Positions 50,854 to 62,297 of a stretch of DNA of 64,000 bases are shown in pieces. Position 1 is the first letter of the stretch. Each line of letters starts with the position of its first letter. A program made the translations under genes and the position numbers. The stretch is taken from assembly GCA_963719465.1 (NCBI GenBank), contig OY970386.1, forward strand, positions 981,789 to 1,045,788. The letters run 5' to 3'. Origin of the DNA: an uncultured Chloroflexia bacterium. GTDB lineage: Bacteria; Chloroflexota; Dehalococcoidia; DSTF01; JALHUB01. Below the pieces are notes generated by a model. It was not told where the DNA came from, did not search any database, and worked only from the letters and a program-made list of their open reading frames with translations.

Positions 50854-51489
50854 TCAGCGCTTGAAGTCGAGGACGACTACCTCCGGCTCATGCGGCAGCG
50901 ACGAGCGGTTCACGGTGAGTCGCGGCTGCGGCTCGCCGGCGGTGGCACCTCGCTCATGGAGGAAGCGATCCAAAGCCTCGAGCTTCTCGGTCGAAGCGGA
51001 CGTGGCATAGTGCATCGGCACGATGATCTTCGGCTCGAGCAGAGCGATCGTCTCTTCCGCCTGCGTCGCATCGAGCGCGCCGTTTCCGCCGACCGGCACC
51101 AGCAACAGGTCGATGTTGCTCATCTCCTCTACTTCGTCCGACGTCGGCACGTGGCGGATGCGCCCCAGGTGGCAGACGCGCAGGTTCTCCGTCTCAATGA
51201 CGTAGGACGTGTTCGTCGGGCCCTTCTCACCGTCGCGAGCGTGTTCCGTGGCGACGCCGGTGACCAGCACCTGGGCGCTCTCGTACTCGCCGGGACCCCA
51301 GATGACGAGGGGCGTGCCGCTGACGGCCGCCAGGTTCGTGCTTCCCGGATGGTCGGAGCTGACGGTTACGATGTCCGCGGTGACCTTGCCGATGGCGTAG
51401 CCGCTGCTCTTCGGGGTCGGGTCCGTCAGAATCGTCGCTTCGCGACTGCGTATGCGGAAGCAGAAGCTTCCCAGCCAGATGAGTTCCAT
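50854..51489 (-). CDS. MBL-fold metallo-hydrolase
   Basis: 211 aa. Metallo-beta-lactamase-like His/Asp motifs (TVSSDHPG..., MHYAT). Confidence 0.75.
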   Translation of the reverse strand: MELIWLGSFCFRIRSREATILTDPTPKSSGYAIGKVTADIVTVSSDHPGSTNLAAVSGTPLVIWGPGEYESAQVLVTGVATEHARDGEKGPTNTSYVIETENLRVCHLGRIRHVPTSDEVEEMSNIDLLLVPVGGNGALDATQAEETIALLEPKIIVPMHYATSASTEKLEALDRFLHERGATAGEPQPRLTVNRSSLPHEPEVVVLDFKR

Positions 51490-51670
51490 CGACGGCAGTA
51501 TAGCATGGCGGAGACGGCCGGTCAGCAGGAGAGCGCTTCAGCGGCACTTGACAGGTCAAGGGAGCCGATGGTTAACTAAACTCGTGGCGGGAGGCTGTTG
51601 GGGGAGGAGGGAGCCTCGGTTGACCGCGATTGCCCCTTAATCTGGCGAAAGTATTGAAAGCAGCCCGGCA

Positions 51671-52483
51671 GTGTTGGTGGAAAGACGGGCCCGCATTTTG
51701 GGTCATATCGTAAGTGAATACGTACACACAGCGCTGCCGGTAGGTTCTGAGACCATCGTCCGCAAGTACGGCCTGCCCATCTCTCCGGCAACGGTGCGTA
51801 ACGAAATGGCGCGCTTGGAGGAGGAAGGCTACATAACGCATCCGCACACCTCCGCCGGCCGCATCCCTTCCGACATGGGGTATCGCTTCTACGTCGAAAG
51901 TCTGATGGAGGAAGAGGACCTGCCCTGGTATGAGAAGCAGTCGATCCAGAGGCGGTTGCGGATGGCGGCCAGGGCGGCTTCCGGTCGCGCTGCGCTGCTG
52001 GCGGAGCGGGCGCGAATCGCGGCCACGGTGCTGGCGGAGAGCGTGCGCAACGCCGCGGTCGCGACGGCGCCCCGTTCGCCCGGGATCGACGAAGAGGACG
52101 ACGCGCTGTACGACCGGGCTTACCTGGAAGGGCTGCGAAACGTCCTCAGCCAGCCGGAGTTCTCGCAGACGGAGGACGTCATCGACCTCGTCTGCGTGCT
52201 CGAAGAGGGCAACCTGATGCGGGCGATGCCGCTCGACAACCTCTCCGGCGAGGACGTGACCGTCGTCATCGGCGAGGAGAACCGCGAGGACGTTATGCGG
52301 CGCTGCAGCGTCGTACTGACGCGCTATGGAGTGCCGGGCACGGCCGTCGGCGTGCTGGCGGTCCTGGGGCCGACGCGGATGGCTTATTCGCGCGTCATTC
52401 CTACGGTACGTTACCTCTCACTCCTGATGGGCGATTCTCGTCGCCCAGGGCTGAGCGCCGGCCAAACAGGCGCGGGGGCAAGG
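51671..52483 (+). CDS. hrcA: heat-inducible transcription repressor HrcA (no in-frame stop; reads through into grpE)
   Basis: GTG start. N-terminal wHTH (ILGHIVSEYVHTALPVGSETIV...ATVRNEMARLEEEGYITHPHTSAGRIPSDMGYR) and a C-terminal ...GPTRMAYSRVIPTVRYL block. Continuous ORF with the next gene. Confidence 0.8.
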
Positions 52484-53107
52484 ATGTCCGAGCAAGAGAA
52501 AAACAACCAGCATCCGTCTCACGTCGACAAGCGCAGCTCCACCGGCGGCAAGCACCACGACGCCACGGAGAACCTGAGGCATCAGGTTGACGAGGCGAGG
52601 AAGAAGGCACATGAGGCGATAGGTCCGGAGGCACAGCTCGAAGAGGAGCGGAAGAAGGCGGAAGGCTACCTGGCGAGCTGGCAACGGACAGCGGCCGACT
52701 TCCAGAACTATAAACGTCGCACGGAGCAGGAGCGTCAGGAGCTGGCGCTGTTCGCCAACGCGTCGCTCATCATCAACCTGCTGCCTATCGTCGACGACCT
52801 GGAGCGCGCTCTCCAGAGCGTCGACGCGCATCTCGCCGGCCTGACGTGGGTTGACGGCATCGGCCTGATCTATCGCAAGTTCCGCGCCGTGCTGGAGGCA
52901 AGCGGCGTCAAGGAGATCCAGACGGAAGGCCAGGACTTCGACCCGCGCTACCACGAGGCGACAATGTTCGGCGAAGGCGAGGACGGGAAGGTGGTCGCCG
53001 AGGTGCAGAAGGGGTACATGCTCGGCGACCGCGTGCTGCGTCCGGCGATGGTCGTCGTCGGCCGCGGCAAGCCATCGGAGCAGCCGCCCGAAGGCCAGGC
53101 GGGCTGA
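52484..53107 (+). CDS. grpE: nucleotide exchange factor GrpE (own RBS and ATG, but in frame with hrcA)
   Basis: GGGGGCAAGG before the ATG. GrpE motifs ADFQNYKRR and the C-terminal beta-sheet domain (GYMLGDRVLRPAMVVV). Confidence 0.85.
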   Translation: MSEQEKNNQHPSHVDKRSSTGGKHHDATENLRHQVDEARKKAHEAIGPEAQLEEERKKAEGYLASWQRTAADFQNYKRRTEQERQELALFANASLIINLLPIVDDLERALQSVDAHLAGLTWVDGIGLIYRKFRAVLEASGVKEIQTEGQDFDPRYHEATMFGEGEDGKVVAEVQKGYMLGDRVLRPAMVVVGRGKPSEQPPEGQAG

Positions 53108-53122
53108 GGCACGCGATAGACG

Positions 53123-53212
53123 CCTCGGGGGGAGTCCAGAGAGTCCGCCCTCGGGCGGGGGGCCTGGGGTGTCCCCCAGAAGATCCTTCCTGGGCGGGCC
53201 GGGTGGGAAGAT
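53123..53212 (+). repeat. dispersed GC-rich hairpin repeat, copy 3 of 3
   Basis: Aligns with 30976..31065. Lies immediately 3' of the grpE stop. Contains the CTGGGG-TGTC-CCCCAG hairpin. Confidence 0.7.
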
Positions 53213-53287
53213 CAAGCGATTCATGGGGCGACAGCGCCCAGCGCTTCTTGGCATGAGAGCGCTATCATTAGATTAGATGCATCATCT

Positions 53288-53346
53288 CCAGACCGGAGGG
53301 AGCCACCATGGCGAAGGTAATCGGAATCGACCTGGGAACAATATGA
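53288..53346 (+). repeat. duplicated copy of the dnaK RBS/start (encodes [12 protein letters not shown]-stop) followed by a 20-nt perfect hairpin
   Basis: 53288..53340 is ~85% identical to 53429..53481. Hairpin CTGAGGGT-TGAA-ACCCTCAG at 53353..53372. Confidence 0.7.
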
Positions 53347-53448
53347 GCAGTTCTGAGGGTTGAAACCCTCAGCCTTTCCTGAAGCTGCGGCACTGAAGTG
53401 AGACGGAGCCGCTGACCCAAGACACATCTCCAACCGGAGGACATCATC

Positions 53449-55342
<1,894 letters not shown>

Positions 55343-55346
55343 ACGG

Positions 55347-56430
55347 ATGCCATCGGACGGAGCCAATGTCCCGCAGGCAATTGTGTCGAAGCTTGGGCAC
55401 CTCATAGACGGCGCCCAAAGCGTTTTGTCCCGACTTGATCGCGGAGAAGAACTCAGTTCCGTTCTGTCTCAAGCCAAGTCAGTAGTAGACGAGTATGGGA
55501 ATCGCATCCACGCTTCCTGGCTGGAATTTGAGATATATGGTTTGATGGGCGCTCCCCTCATGAAGATGCCGCTCACCGACGCAGACCAGAAGGCGGGTGC
55601 GTACCTCTTTTCCAGGCTCCATTCCGCGAGCGATCCAACGACGGTGACGGCTGAGGGGACACTTGAGCACTGGGACGAGGGGAAGAAGACGGCACCGGAA
55701 CGCGACCAGGTCATGTATTCATCTGTGGCGGAAATCGAGCGCGGGTTAGCGTCATGGAATGAAGCGAAGGGGAAACTGCAGGAGGAGTCAGTCACGAGGC
55801 GCGCGTTGGATCAATTCCTCCAAGTCAAGGTTCTCAATGAAGAGCGCGCTCGGGTATTGAGCAACGTCCGCGCCTACCTCTACGACTACATCGCCAAGAT
55901 TCTGCAGGTGGGCGATAACGGAGCAGGAGAATCAGGCACTTCTCGGTCCCGACTACCGCATTGTGGTCGAGAGCTTGGATGCTCTGGAGTCCGGCGTAGG
56001 CGATCATTTGGCCGGTGCGCTAGAGCTACTAAGGAATCCCAATCCAGCCCTATGGTCCGCTGCGGCACTTGTCTGTCGAAATGTTGTGCTGGCTCTCGGC
56101 CGGACAATGTGGAAAGTGAAGGGAGAAACGTACGATTCTCAGCTAGCTGGAAGGTCCATCGACACAAGGGGCGACAAGGAGAAGAATTGCCTCCTGGCGT
56201 TCATTGACGTTTGCCATCGGCGCGCTGCCAACGACGATGCCAAACGTGAGCTTGAGGAAGCGTGCGAGTTAACCAACACTATCTACGAGCGCGGGTCCAA
56301 GGGGAAAGGCGGTCGAAGTTTGCATCACGAGGAAGCCCAGAACCTGGTTGTCGACACCTTTCGCCTTGTCTCTTCTCTTCAGCGCCGCACGGGTCTCCTG
56401 CCCGTAACCGATCTCTCTTCGTATCAATAG
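55347..56430 (+). pseudogene. hypothetical alpha-helical protein, lower GC than surroundings, frameshifted near 55915-55945
   Basis: Frame 1 (55347..~55930) and frame 3 (ORF 55963..56430, extendable upstream to ...ENQALLGPDYRIVVES) both look protein-like. No recognised domain. GC is visibly lower (~50%). Occupies the position usually held by dnaJ. Confidence 0.4.
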
Positions 56431-56511
56431 GCGATGGCGGTTGCGCCCGGGCGGTTGGCCGCCAAATCTGCCTTATGCTATGATTGCGCCCAGCACGCTT
56501 GGAGGAGAAAC

Positions 56512-57276
56512 ATGCCGGTTGAAGGATTCGATCTGAGCGGAAAGAAAGCGCTGGTCATAGGCGCGGGGTCTGCCGTCGGACGCGCCATCGCCCTGGCGCT
56601 GAAAGAGACGGGCGCGGAAGTCGCCGTCACGTCGACGCGAAAGGACGCGGCCGACAGCGACGCCGCAGAAGAGACCGCCCGACTCCTCGGCGGGGCGACC
56701 GCGCGGTCGATGGATGCGACATCCGCATCGCAGGTGAACGAAGCGGTCGACGAAGCGTTCCAGCGCATGGGGCGTCTGGACATCCTCGTGAACTGCCCCG
56801 ATCTCTTCCTCGCGAAGCCCACGGCCGAGACTTCCGACGCCGAGTGGGAGAAAGTATTTGCGGCCAATCTTAGCAGCGTCTTCTTCGCCTGCCGCGCCGC
56901 GGGCCCGCGAATGGCCAACCAGGGGTACGGACGGATCATCAACGTCGCCTCCGGCCTCGGCGAGCGCGGCCTGCCCAACTGCTCGGCGTACTGCGCCGTG
57001 AAGGGCGGCGTCTACAACCTCAGTCGGGCGCTGGCCGAAGAGTGGGCGGCCAACGGCGTGACCGTCAACGTCATCGCTCCCGGCTGGCTGGAGGGCTCGC
57101 CCGGGTTGGGCGATCCCGACCCGAGGGAGAACCGCCTCCTCCGCTACATTCCGATGCGGCGCGCCGGCAAGCCGGATGAGCTGGGGCCGATCACCGTCTG
57201 GGTTGCCTCCGATTCAGCCGGCTATCTGACGGGACGGACGCTCTTCGTCGACGGCGGCCTGCTCGCTCACCTCTAG
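56512..57276 (+). CDS. SDR family oxidoreductase
   Basis: TGxxxGxG-like motif ALVIGAGSAVGRAIA. Catalytic YxxxK (YCAVK). Confidence 0.85.
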   Translation: MPVEGFDLSGKKALVIGAGSAVGRAIALALKETGAEVAVTSTRKDAADSDAAEETARLLGGATARSMDATSASQVNEAVDEAFQRMGRLDILVNCPDLFLAKPTAETSDAEWEKVFAANLSSVFFACRAAGPRMANQGYGRIINVASGLGERGLPNCSAYCAVKGGVYNLSRALAEEWAANGVTVNVIAPGWLEGSPGLGDPDPRENRLLRYIPMRRAGKPDELGPITVWVASDSAGYLTGRTLFVDGGLLAHL

Positions 57277-57286
57277 AGGCCGGCCG

Positions 57287-58102
57287 ATGCCCTTCGCAGA
57301 TGTGAACGGCTTTCAAATGCATTACCAGGTGCGCGGCGATGGGCCGCCTCTGGTAATCGCTCATGGCCTGCTCAGCAGCATGCTCATGGCCGACATCCTC
57401 GGCGAGGTGCCGATAGCGCTCTTTCAGCACTTCAGCGTCGTGACCTACGACGCGCGCGGCCACGGCGAGTCCGGCTTCACAACCGACACCGTCGATTACC
57501 AGTGGAAGTCGCTGGCGGAGGACCTGCGCGGCCTCTGCGACCACCTCGGCATCAAGCGCGCGCATCTCGGCGGCAGCTCGATGGGCGGCGGCACGGCCCT
57601 GGTCTTCGCGCTGCGACACCCGGAGATGGTGGACCGGATCGTCCTGCAATCGCCGCCGCCGGTCGGGCAGCAGCAGTCGGCTCCGGGCGCCGCGCTTTTC
57701 GGCGGGCTGGCGCTTCTCATCGAGGGGCTGGGGCTGAAGACAGCCGTCGAGACGGTGCTCAAGCTCTCGCCCTGGGCCGACCTCAAGAAAACAGCGCCTA
57801 TGATGTTCACGTTCTTGCGGCACTGGCTGCTATCGCTCAACCAGCAGGCCGTCGTCCCGGCGATCCGCGGCATCGCTTACGGCCCGGCGCTGGCGGACGA
57901 GGACTTCTCGCGCATACAGGCGGAAACGTTTCTCATCGCCCACCCCGACGATGAGCTCCACCCAGTCGCCTCCGCCGAGCGGCTCCACAACGCCATCCCC
58001 AACTCTCAGCTCGTCGTGGCGCCGGACGCCTTCTACTACAATATGCATCGCGACGAGCTGGCGTCGACGATTCAGACGTTCCTCGAAGACGGCCACGCCT
58101 GA
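57287..58102 (+). CDS. alpha/beta hydrolase
   Basis: HGLLSS and GSSMGG nucleophile elbow. C-terminal His. Confidence 0.8.
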   Translation: MPFADVNGFQMHYQVRGDGPPLVIAHGLLSSMLMADILGEVPIALFQHFSVVTYDARGHGESGFTTDTVDYQWKSLAEDLRGLCDHLGIKRAHLGGSSMGGGTALVFALRHPEMVDRIVLQSPPPVGQQQSAPGAALFGGLALLIEGLGLKTAVETVLKLSPWADLKKTAPMMFTFLRHWLLSLNQQAVVPAIRGIAYGPALADEDFSRIQAETFLIAHPDDELHPVASAERLHNAIPNSQLVVAPDAFYYNMHRDELASTIQTFLEDGHA

Positions 58103-59010
58103 TGGACGAGCGGGCAAGCGAGGAACCTCCGCCAGGGGGCAGCGTCGCCCCCGACGCCTACGACAGTCGCTATTTCTTTGCCTCGTGCGAAGGTTATAAG
58201 GAGTTCCGCACGTCCGGCGGGCGCAGGCTGAGCAGCCGCTTCCAAAAGGCGCTACGATTCGCGAAGATAAAGCCGGGCGAACGCGTCCTCAACGTCGGCT
58301 GCGGCCGTGGCGAGATCGTGCTCCATGCCGCCATTCAGGGCGCGGACGCCGTCGGCATCGACTACGCCGAGGAAGCGGTGCGCATAGCGGCCGAGTCGCT
58401 GGCGCTGGCGCCGGAAGACGTGCGGCGGCGGGCCTCGGTGCGGCTCATGAACGCCCGCGTGTTGGAATTCGACGCCGACTCCTTCGACGTTGCCCTGATG
58501 AGCGACATCGTCGAGCACCTCTACCCGCCGGAGCTGGCGGAGGCGCTGCGGGAGACCTGCCGCGTGCTGAAGCCCGGAGGACGGCTCATCGTTCACACCA
58601 GCCCCAACCGCCTCTTCTACAACGTCACTTTCCCTCTATACGTCCGGCGTATTCATCTGATCGTACGCCGGTTGGCAGACCTCGCCCACTACGGGAGCTA
58701 CGTAATCGGGCCCAGCCTGCCGGTCGGAAGGCAATATCCGCGCACCGACGATGAGTTGCGCGTCCACGTCAACGAGCAGACTGAGTCGGGATTGAAGCAG
58801 GCGATCAGCGACGCCGGCTTCCGCGTCCGCAAGACCGAGCGCTGGGAGATCCCGCATCAGCTCCCCTACATCTCGCGCCAGATGACCATCGAGCTGATGC
58901 TACTGGACAGCGTGCGCTATCTGCGTCCGTTCAGCTTCCTGCCACCGCTGAACCGGCTCTTCACAAACCACATCTGGGTCATCGCGGAGAAGCCGCAGGC
59001 CGGCCTCTAG
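58102..59010 (+). CDS. class I SAM-dependent methyltransferase
   Basis: Motif I VLNVGCGRG and motif II/III. Confidence 0.8.
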   Translation: MDERASEEPPPGGSVAPDAYDSRYFFASCEGYKEFRTSGGRRLSSRFQKALRFAKIKPGERVLNVGCGRGEIVLHAAIQGADAVGIDYAEEAVRIAAESLALAPEDVRRRASVRLMNARVLEFDADSFDVALMSDIVEHLYPPELAEALRETCRVLKPGGRLIVHTSPNRLFYNVTFPLYVRRIHLIVRRLADLAHYGSYVIGPSLPVGRQYPRTDDELRVHVNEQTESGLKQAISDAGFRVRKTERWEIPHQLPYISRQMTIELMLLDSVRYLRPFSFLPPLNRLFTNHIWVIAEKPQAGL

Positions 59011-59320
59011 GACGTTGGAGCGGAACTGACCGCCGTCGAGGTCACAATCGCCGTCTTGCGGGCCGGGCCGAGGTCCATCTCAGCCTCTTCCTCGCCAACA
59101 TAGCACAAGCCTATTGCACGAAAAGTGGTTCGTATTGACTTGATATTTGATGCTTGCTACGATTTCGCTCGCCCCCGAGATCGCGCTCGGCCTGGTGGCA
59201 GCAGGGGCGTTGCCTCCAATCTGAGGCTGGGGTTATGATGAATTCGGCTGTGAAGATTAGCACACACCATTGCTCATGGTGATGCTGCGTCTCGGTGCTG
59301 CGGCTTAGAGGAGGCAGAAA

Positions 59321-61399
59321 GTGGCACCTTCAAACGAATTACCGGGCATCATATTCTTCTACCTCATAATCGTTGGCTTCAGTGCCTTCTTTCTGCTGAC
59401 GATTGCCGCGCGGCTCATCCCGTTCGTTCAGGCGAAGGGCGTCCCTCAATTCGACCACCTGCCGCAGCGCATCGGCGATTTCCTCTTCATAATGGTAGGG
59501 CAGTGGCGGTTTTGGCGCCGGAAGTACTGGTACTCCGGCATTCTGCATCCGCTTATCTTCTGGGGCTTCCTGGTCCTGCTCATTCGCAGCCTGAACTTGT
59601 TGCTGAGCGGTGTCGCCGACCCGCTCAGCCTCCAGCACCTGCCCGGCGACGTGTTCAACTATTGGCGGCCGGTGATGGACGCGTTCAACGTGCTGGTCAT
59701 GGTCGGCCTGGTGATGGGCGCTTACGAGCGATTCTTCGTCAAGCCGCAGCGCCTCACGTTGAACGTGGACGCCTGGCGGATCATCGGCCTCATCTTTTTC
59801 TTGATGGTCACCGACATTCTCGCCAACAGCTTCGAGCTTGACCTGGAGGCGAAGAAGGAAGCTTGGTCGTTCGTGGCTTACGGCGTTTCGGGCATCTGGA
59901 CCGGCATGGGCCTCTCCCACAATGCCATCGGTGACCTGCACGCGACTTTCTGGTACATGCACCTCGTCATTCTGTTCGGATTCCTCTGCTACCTCCCGTA
60001 CTCCAAGCACTCGCACGTGCTGACGGTAGCCTTCAACGTCTTCTTCCACAGCCGCGAGCGCACCGGCGTGCTCCAGCCCATCAACATCGAGGCGATGATG
60101 GAGAACGCCGAGGAAGGCCAGACTTTCGGCGTGGGCAAGGTTACAGACTTCAACTGGAAGTCGCTGCTCGACTTCATGACCTGCACCGAATGCGGCCGCT
60201 GCCAGTCCAACTGCCCCGCCTATCTGACGGATAAGGAGCTCTCTCCCAAAGAGATCGAACATCACGGCCGTATGGCCCTCCTTTCGAAAACGCCGACGCT
60301 CGGCTCGCTGCTGAAGGGCAAGCCGGCCACGGCGGGCGAGCCGCTTAACCTGGTCGACACCATGGGATTCGAATCGATCTGGGACTGCGTGACTTGCGGC
60401 TCCTGCATGTACTGGTGCCCCGTCTGCATCGAGCACGTGCCGGAGATCATCGACGTGCGTCGCTACCTCGTCATGGATGAGGCGCGCATGCCGGAGACGG
60501 CGCAGGCTACGCTGATGCAGATCGAGCAGCGCGGCCACCCCTGGCGCGGCACGCAGTTCTCCCGCTCGGACTGGATGCAGGGAATCAACGTCCCGCTGTT
60601 CGACGGCTCGCAGGAGTATTTGCTGTGGGTCGGCTGCACCGGCTCCCTCTCCGAGCGCAACATCCCGATCACGCAGTCGCTGGCCAGGCTGCTGCTGCAG
60701 GCCGGCGTTAGCTTCGGCGTCCTCGGCGAGGAAGAGACGTGCTGCGGCGATCCCGCGCGCCGTCTGGGCAATGAGTACCTCTTCCAGATGCAGGCACAGC
60801 AGGCGATCGAGATCATGAAGGCGAAAGGCGTGAAGAAGATCGTCACCGCCTGCCCGCACGGCTATAACACGATGCGCAACGAGTACCCCCAGTTCGACGG
60901 CAAGTTCGAGGTGATGCACCACACGGAGCTGCTCGACCAGCTTCTGAAGGAAGGCAAGCTCCAGCCGAAGCAGGGCATCGCCGAGACAATCGTCTACCAC
61001 GACTCCTGCTATCTGGCGCGCCACAACGAGATCGACGGGGCGCCACGGGACATCTTGAAGAGCATCCCGCAGGCGCACGTGGTGGAGATGGAGCGATCGC
61101 GGCAGACGACGTTCTGCTGCGGCGCCGGCGGCGGCCATATGTGGGTGGAGGAGAGCAGGGGGCAGCACATCGACCACGCCCGCACCGAGGAAGCGATGGG
61201 CACCGGCGCCAAGATCGTCGCGACGGCCTGCCCGTTCTGCATCCAGATGTTCGAGGACGGGATCCCGGCGCTGGAGCCCGACGAGGAGAAGCGGATGCGG
61301 GCGCAGGACGTCGCGGAGCTGCTGGAAGCCGCCGTTGGGCGCGAAGCGGGGCCGCCTCCTGCTGCCGCTCAGAGCGAAGAGGTGGGCGCCAGCCCCTAA
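59321..61399 (+). CDS. membrane-bound Fe-S oxidoreductase: NarI-like di-heme cytochrome b domain fused to an HdrD-like domain (2x[4Fe-4S] + CCG)
   Basis: 692 aa. N-terminal 5 TM with conserved His. Ferredoxin motifs CTECGRCQSNCP and CVTCGSCMYWCP. Two CCG domains (CCG, CPH..., CPFC). Immediately upstream of etfBA. Confidence 0.75.
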   Translation: MAPSNELPGIIFFYLIIVGFSAFFLLTIAARLIPFVQAKGVPQFDHLPQRIGDFLFIMVGQWRFWRRKYWYSGILHPLIFWGFLVLLIRSLNLLLSGVADPLSLQHLPGDVFNYWRPVMDAFNVLVMVGLVMGAYERFFVKPQRLTLNVDAWRIIGLIFFLMVTDILANSFELDLEAKKEAWSFVAYGVSGIWTGMGLSHNAIGDLHATFWYMHLVILFGFLCYLPYSKHSHVLTVAFNVFFHSRERTGVLQPINIEAMMENAEEGQTFGVGKVTDFNWKSLLDFMTCTECGRCQSNCPAYLTDKELSPKEIEHHGRMALLSKTPTLGSLLKGKPATAGEPLNLVDTMGFESIWDCVTCGSCMYWCPVCIEHVPEIIDVRRYLVMDEARMPETAQATLMQIEQRGHPWRGTQFSRSDWMQGINVPLFDGSQEYLLWVGCTGSLSERNIPITQSLARLLLQAGVSFGVLGEEETCCGDPARRLGNEYLFQMQAQQAIEIMKAKGVKKIVTACPHGYNTMRNEYPQFDGKFEVMHHTELLDQLLKEGKLQPKQGIAETIVYHDSCYLARHNEIDGAPRDILKSIPQAHVVEMERSRQTTFCCGAGGGHMWVEESRGQHIDHARTEEAMGTGAKIVATACPFCIQMFEDGIPALEPDEEKRMRAQDVAELLEAAVGREAGPPPAAAQSEEVGASP

Positions 61400-61471
61400 A
61401 TCACGACTGTTCACGGCAAAGCCGGGACCAGCATAAGAGAACAGAGTCGCGGACGAAGGAGGAAGTAGAAG

Positions 61472-62266
61472 ATGCCCTTGCACATCATAGCCTGCGTCAA
61501 ACAGGTGCCTGACCCGGAAGCCCCGGCCTCGTCGTTCAAAGTCGATGAGGCGGCGAAGAAGGTCGTTCCGGCGGCGGGCGTGGCGCCTGTAATCAGCCAG
61601 TTCGACGCGCTGGCAGTCGAAGCGGCCCTGCGAATCAAGGATGCCGCCGCGGACACCAAAGTCACGATCGTCAGCCTCGGTCCGGAAGGCGCACGCGATG
61701 TGATCAAGCACAGCCTGGCGATGGGCGCCGACGAGGGCGTCCTACTGACGGACAGCGCCTTCGATAACGGCGACAGCTACACGACGGCGCTTGCCCTCTC
61801 CAAGGCGATTCAGAAGATCGGCGACTTCAACCTGATCCTCTGCGGCCGCCAGGCGACCGACTGGGACGCCGGTGTCGTCGGCTACGGCATCGCCGAGATG
61901 CTTGGCGTGCCGAGCGTCAGCCTCGCCAAGTCCGTCAACATCCAGGACAGCAAGGTCGTCGTCGAGCGCGTGCTGATGGAGGGCTATGACACAGTGGAAG
62001 CGCCCCTGCCCGCGCTCGTCACCGTCAGCAACGAGCTGGGCGAGCCGCGCTACCCCAAGCTGCAGCAGATCATGATGGCTGCCCGCAAGCAGGTCACCGT
62101 ATGGGGCGCCGGCGACATCGGCTTCGCTCCCGACGGCACCCGCACTCATCTGGAGCGGCTCTACCAGCCGGTCAGCGAGATCGAGTGCGAGGTCGTCGAG
62201 GGCGAGACGCCGGACGAAGCGGCGCAGAAGCTTGCGCAGCGGCTGCGCGATCAGAAGATAATCTAG
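61472..62266 (+). CDS. etfB: electron transfer flavoprotein beta subunit
   Basis: Begins MPLHIIACVKQVPD. Confidence 0.9.
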   Translation: MPLHIIACVKQVPDPEAPASSFKVDEAAKKVVPAAGVAPVISQFDALAVEAALRIKDAAADTKVTIVSLGPEGARDVIKHSLAMGADEGVLLTDSAFDNGDSYTTALALSKAIQKIGDFNLILCGRQATDWDAGVVGYGIAEMLGVPSVSLAKSVNIQDSKVVVERVLMEGYDTVEAPLPALVTVSNELGEPRYPKLQQIMMAARKQVTVWGAGDIGFAPDGTRTHLERLYQPVSEIECEVVEGETPDEAAQKLAQRLRDQKII

Positions 62267-62297
62267 GCTCTGCCTACCAGAGATAAGGAGGGTTGAT

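Noticed and set aside
51490-51670. CIRCE operator (TTAGCACTC-N9-GAGTGCTAA) upstream of hrcA, and likewise upstream of dnaK
   Set aside because: No match was found. Only a short palindrome CTTGAC-AGG-GTCAAG (51547..51560) and AGATGCATCATCT (near 53262) were seen, which may be a divergent operator but cannot be called CIRCE.
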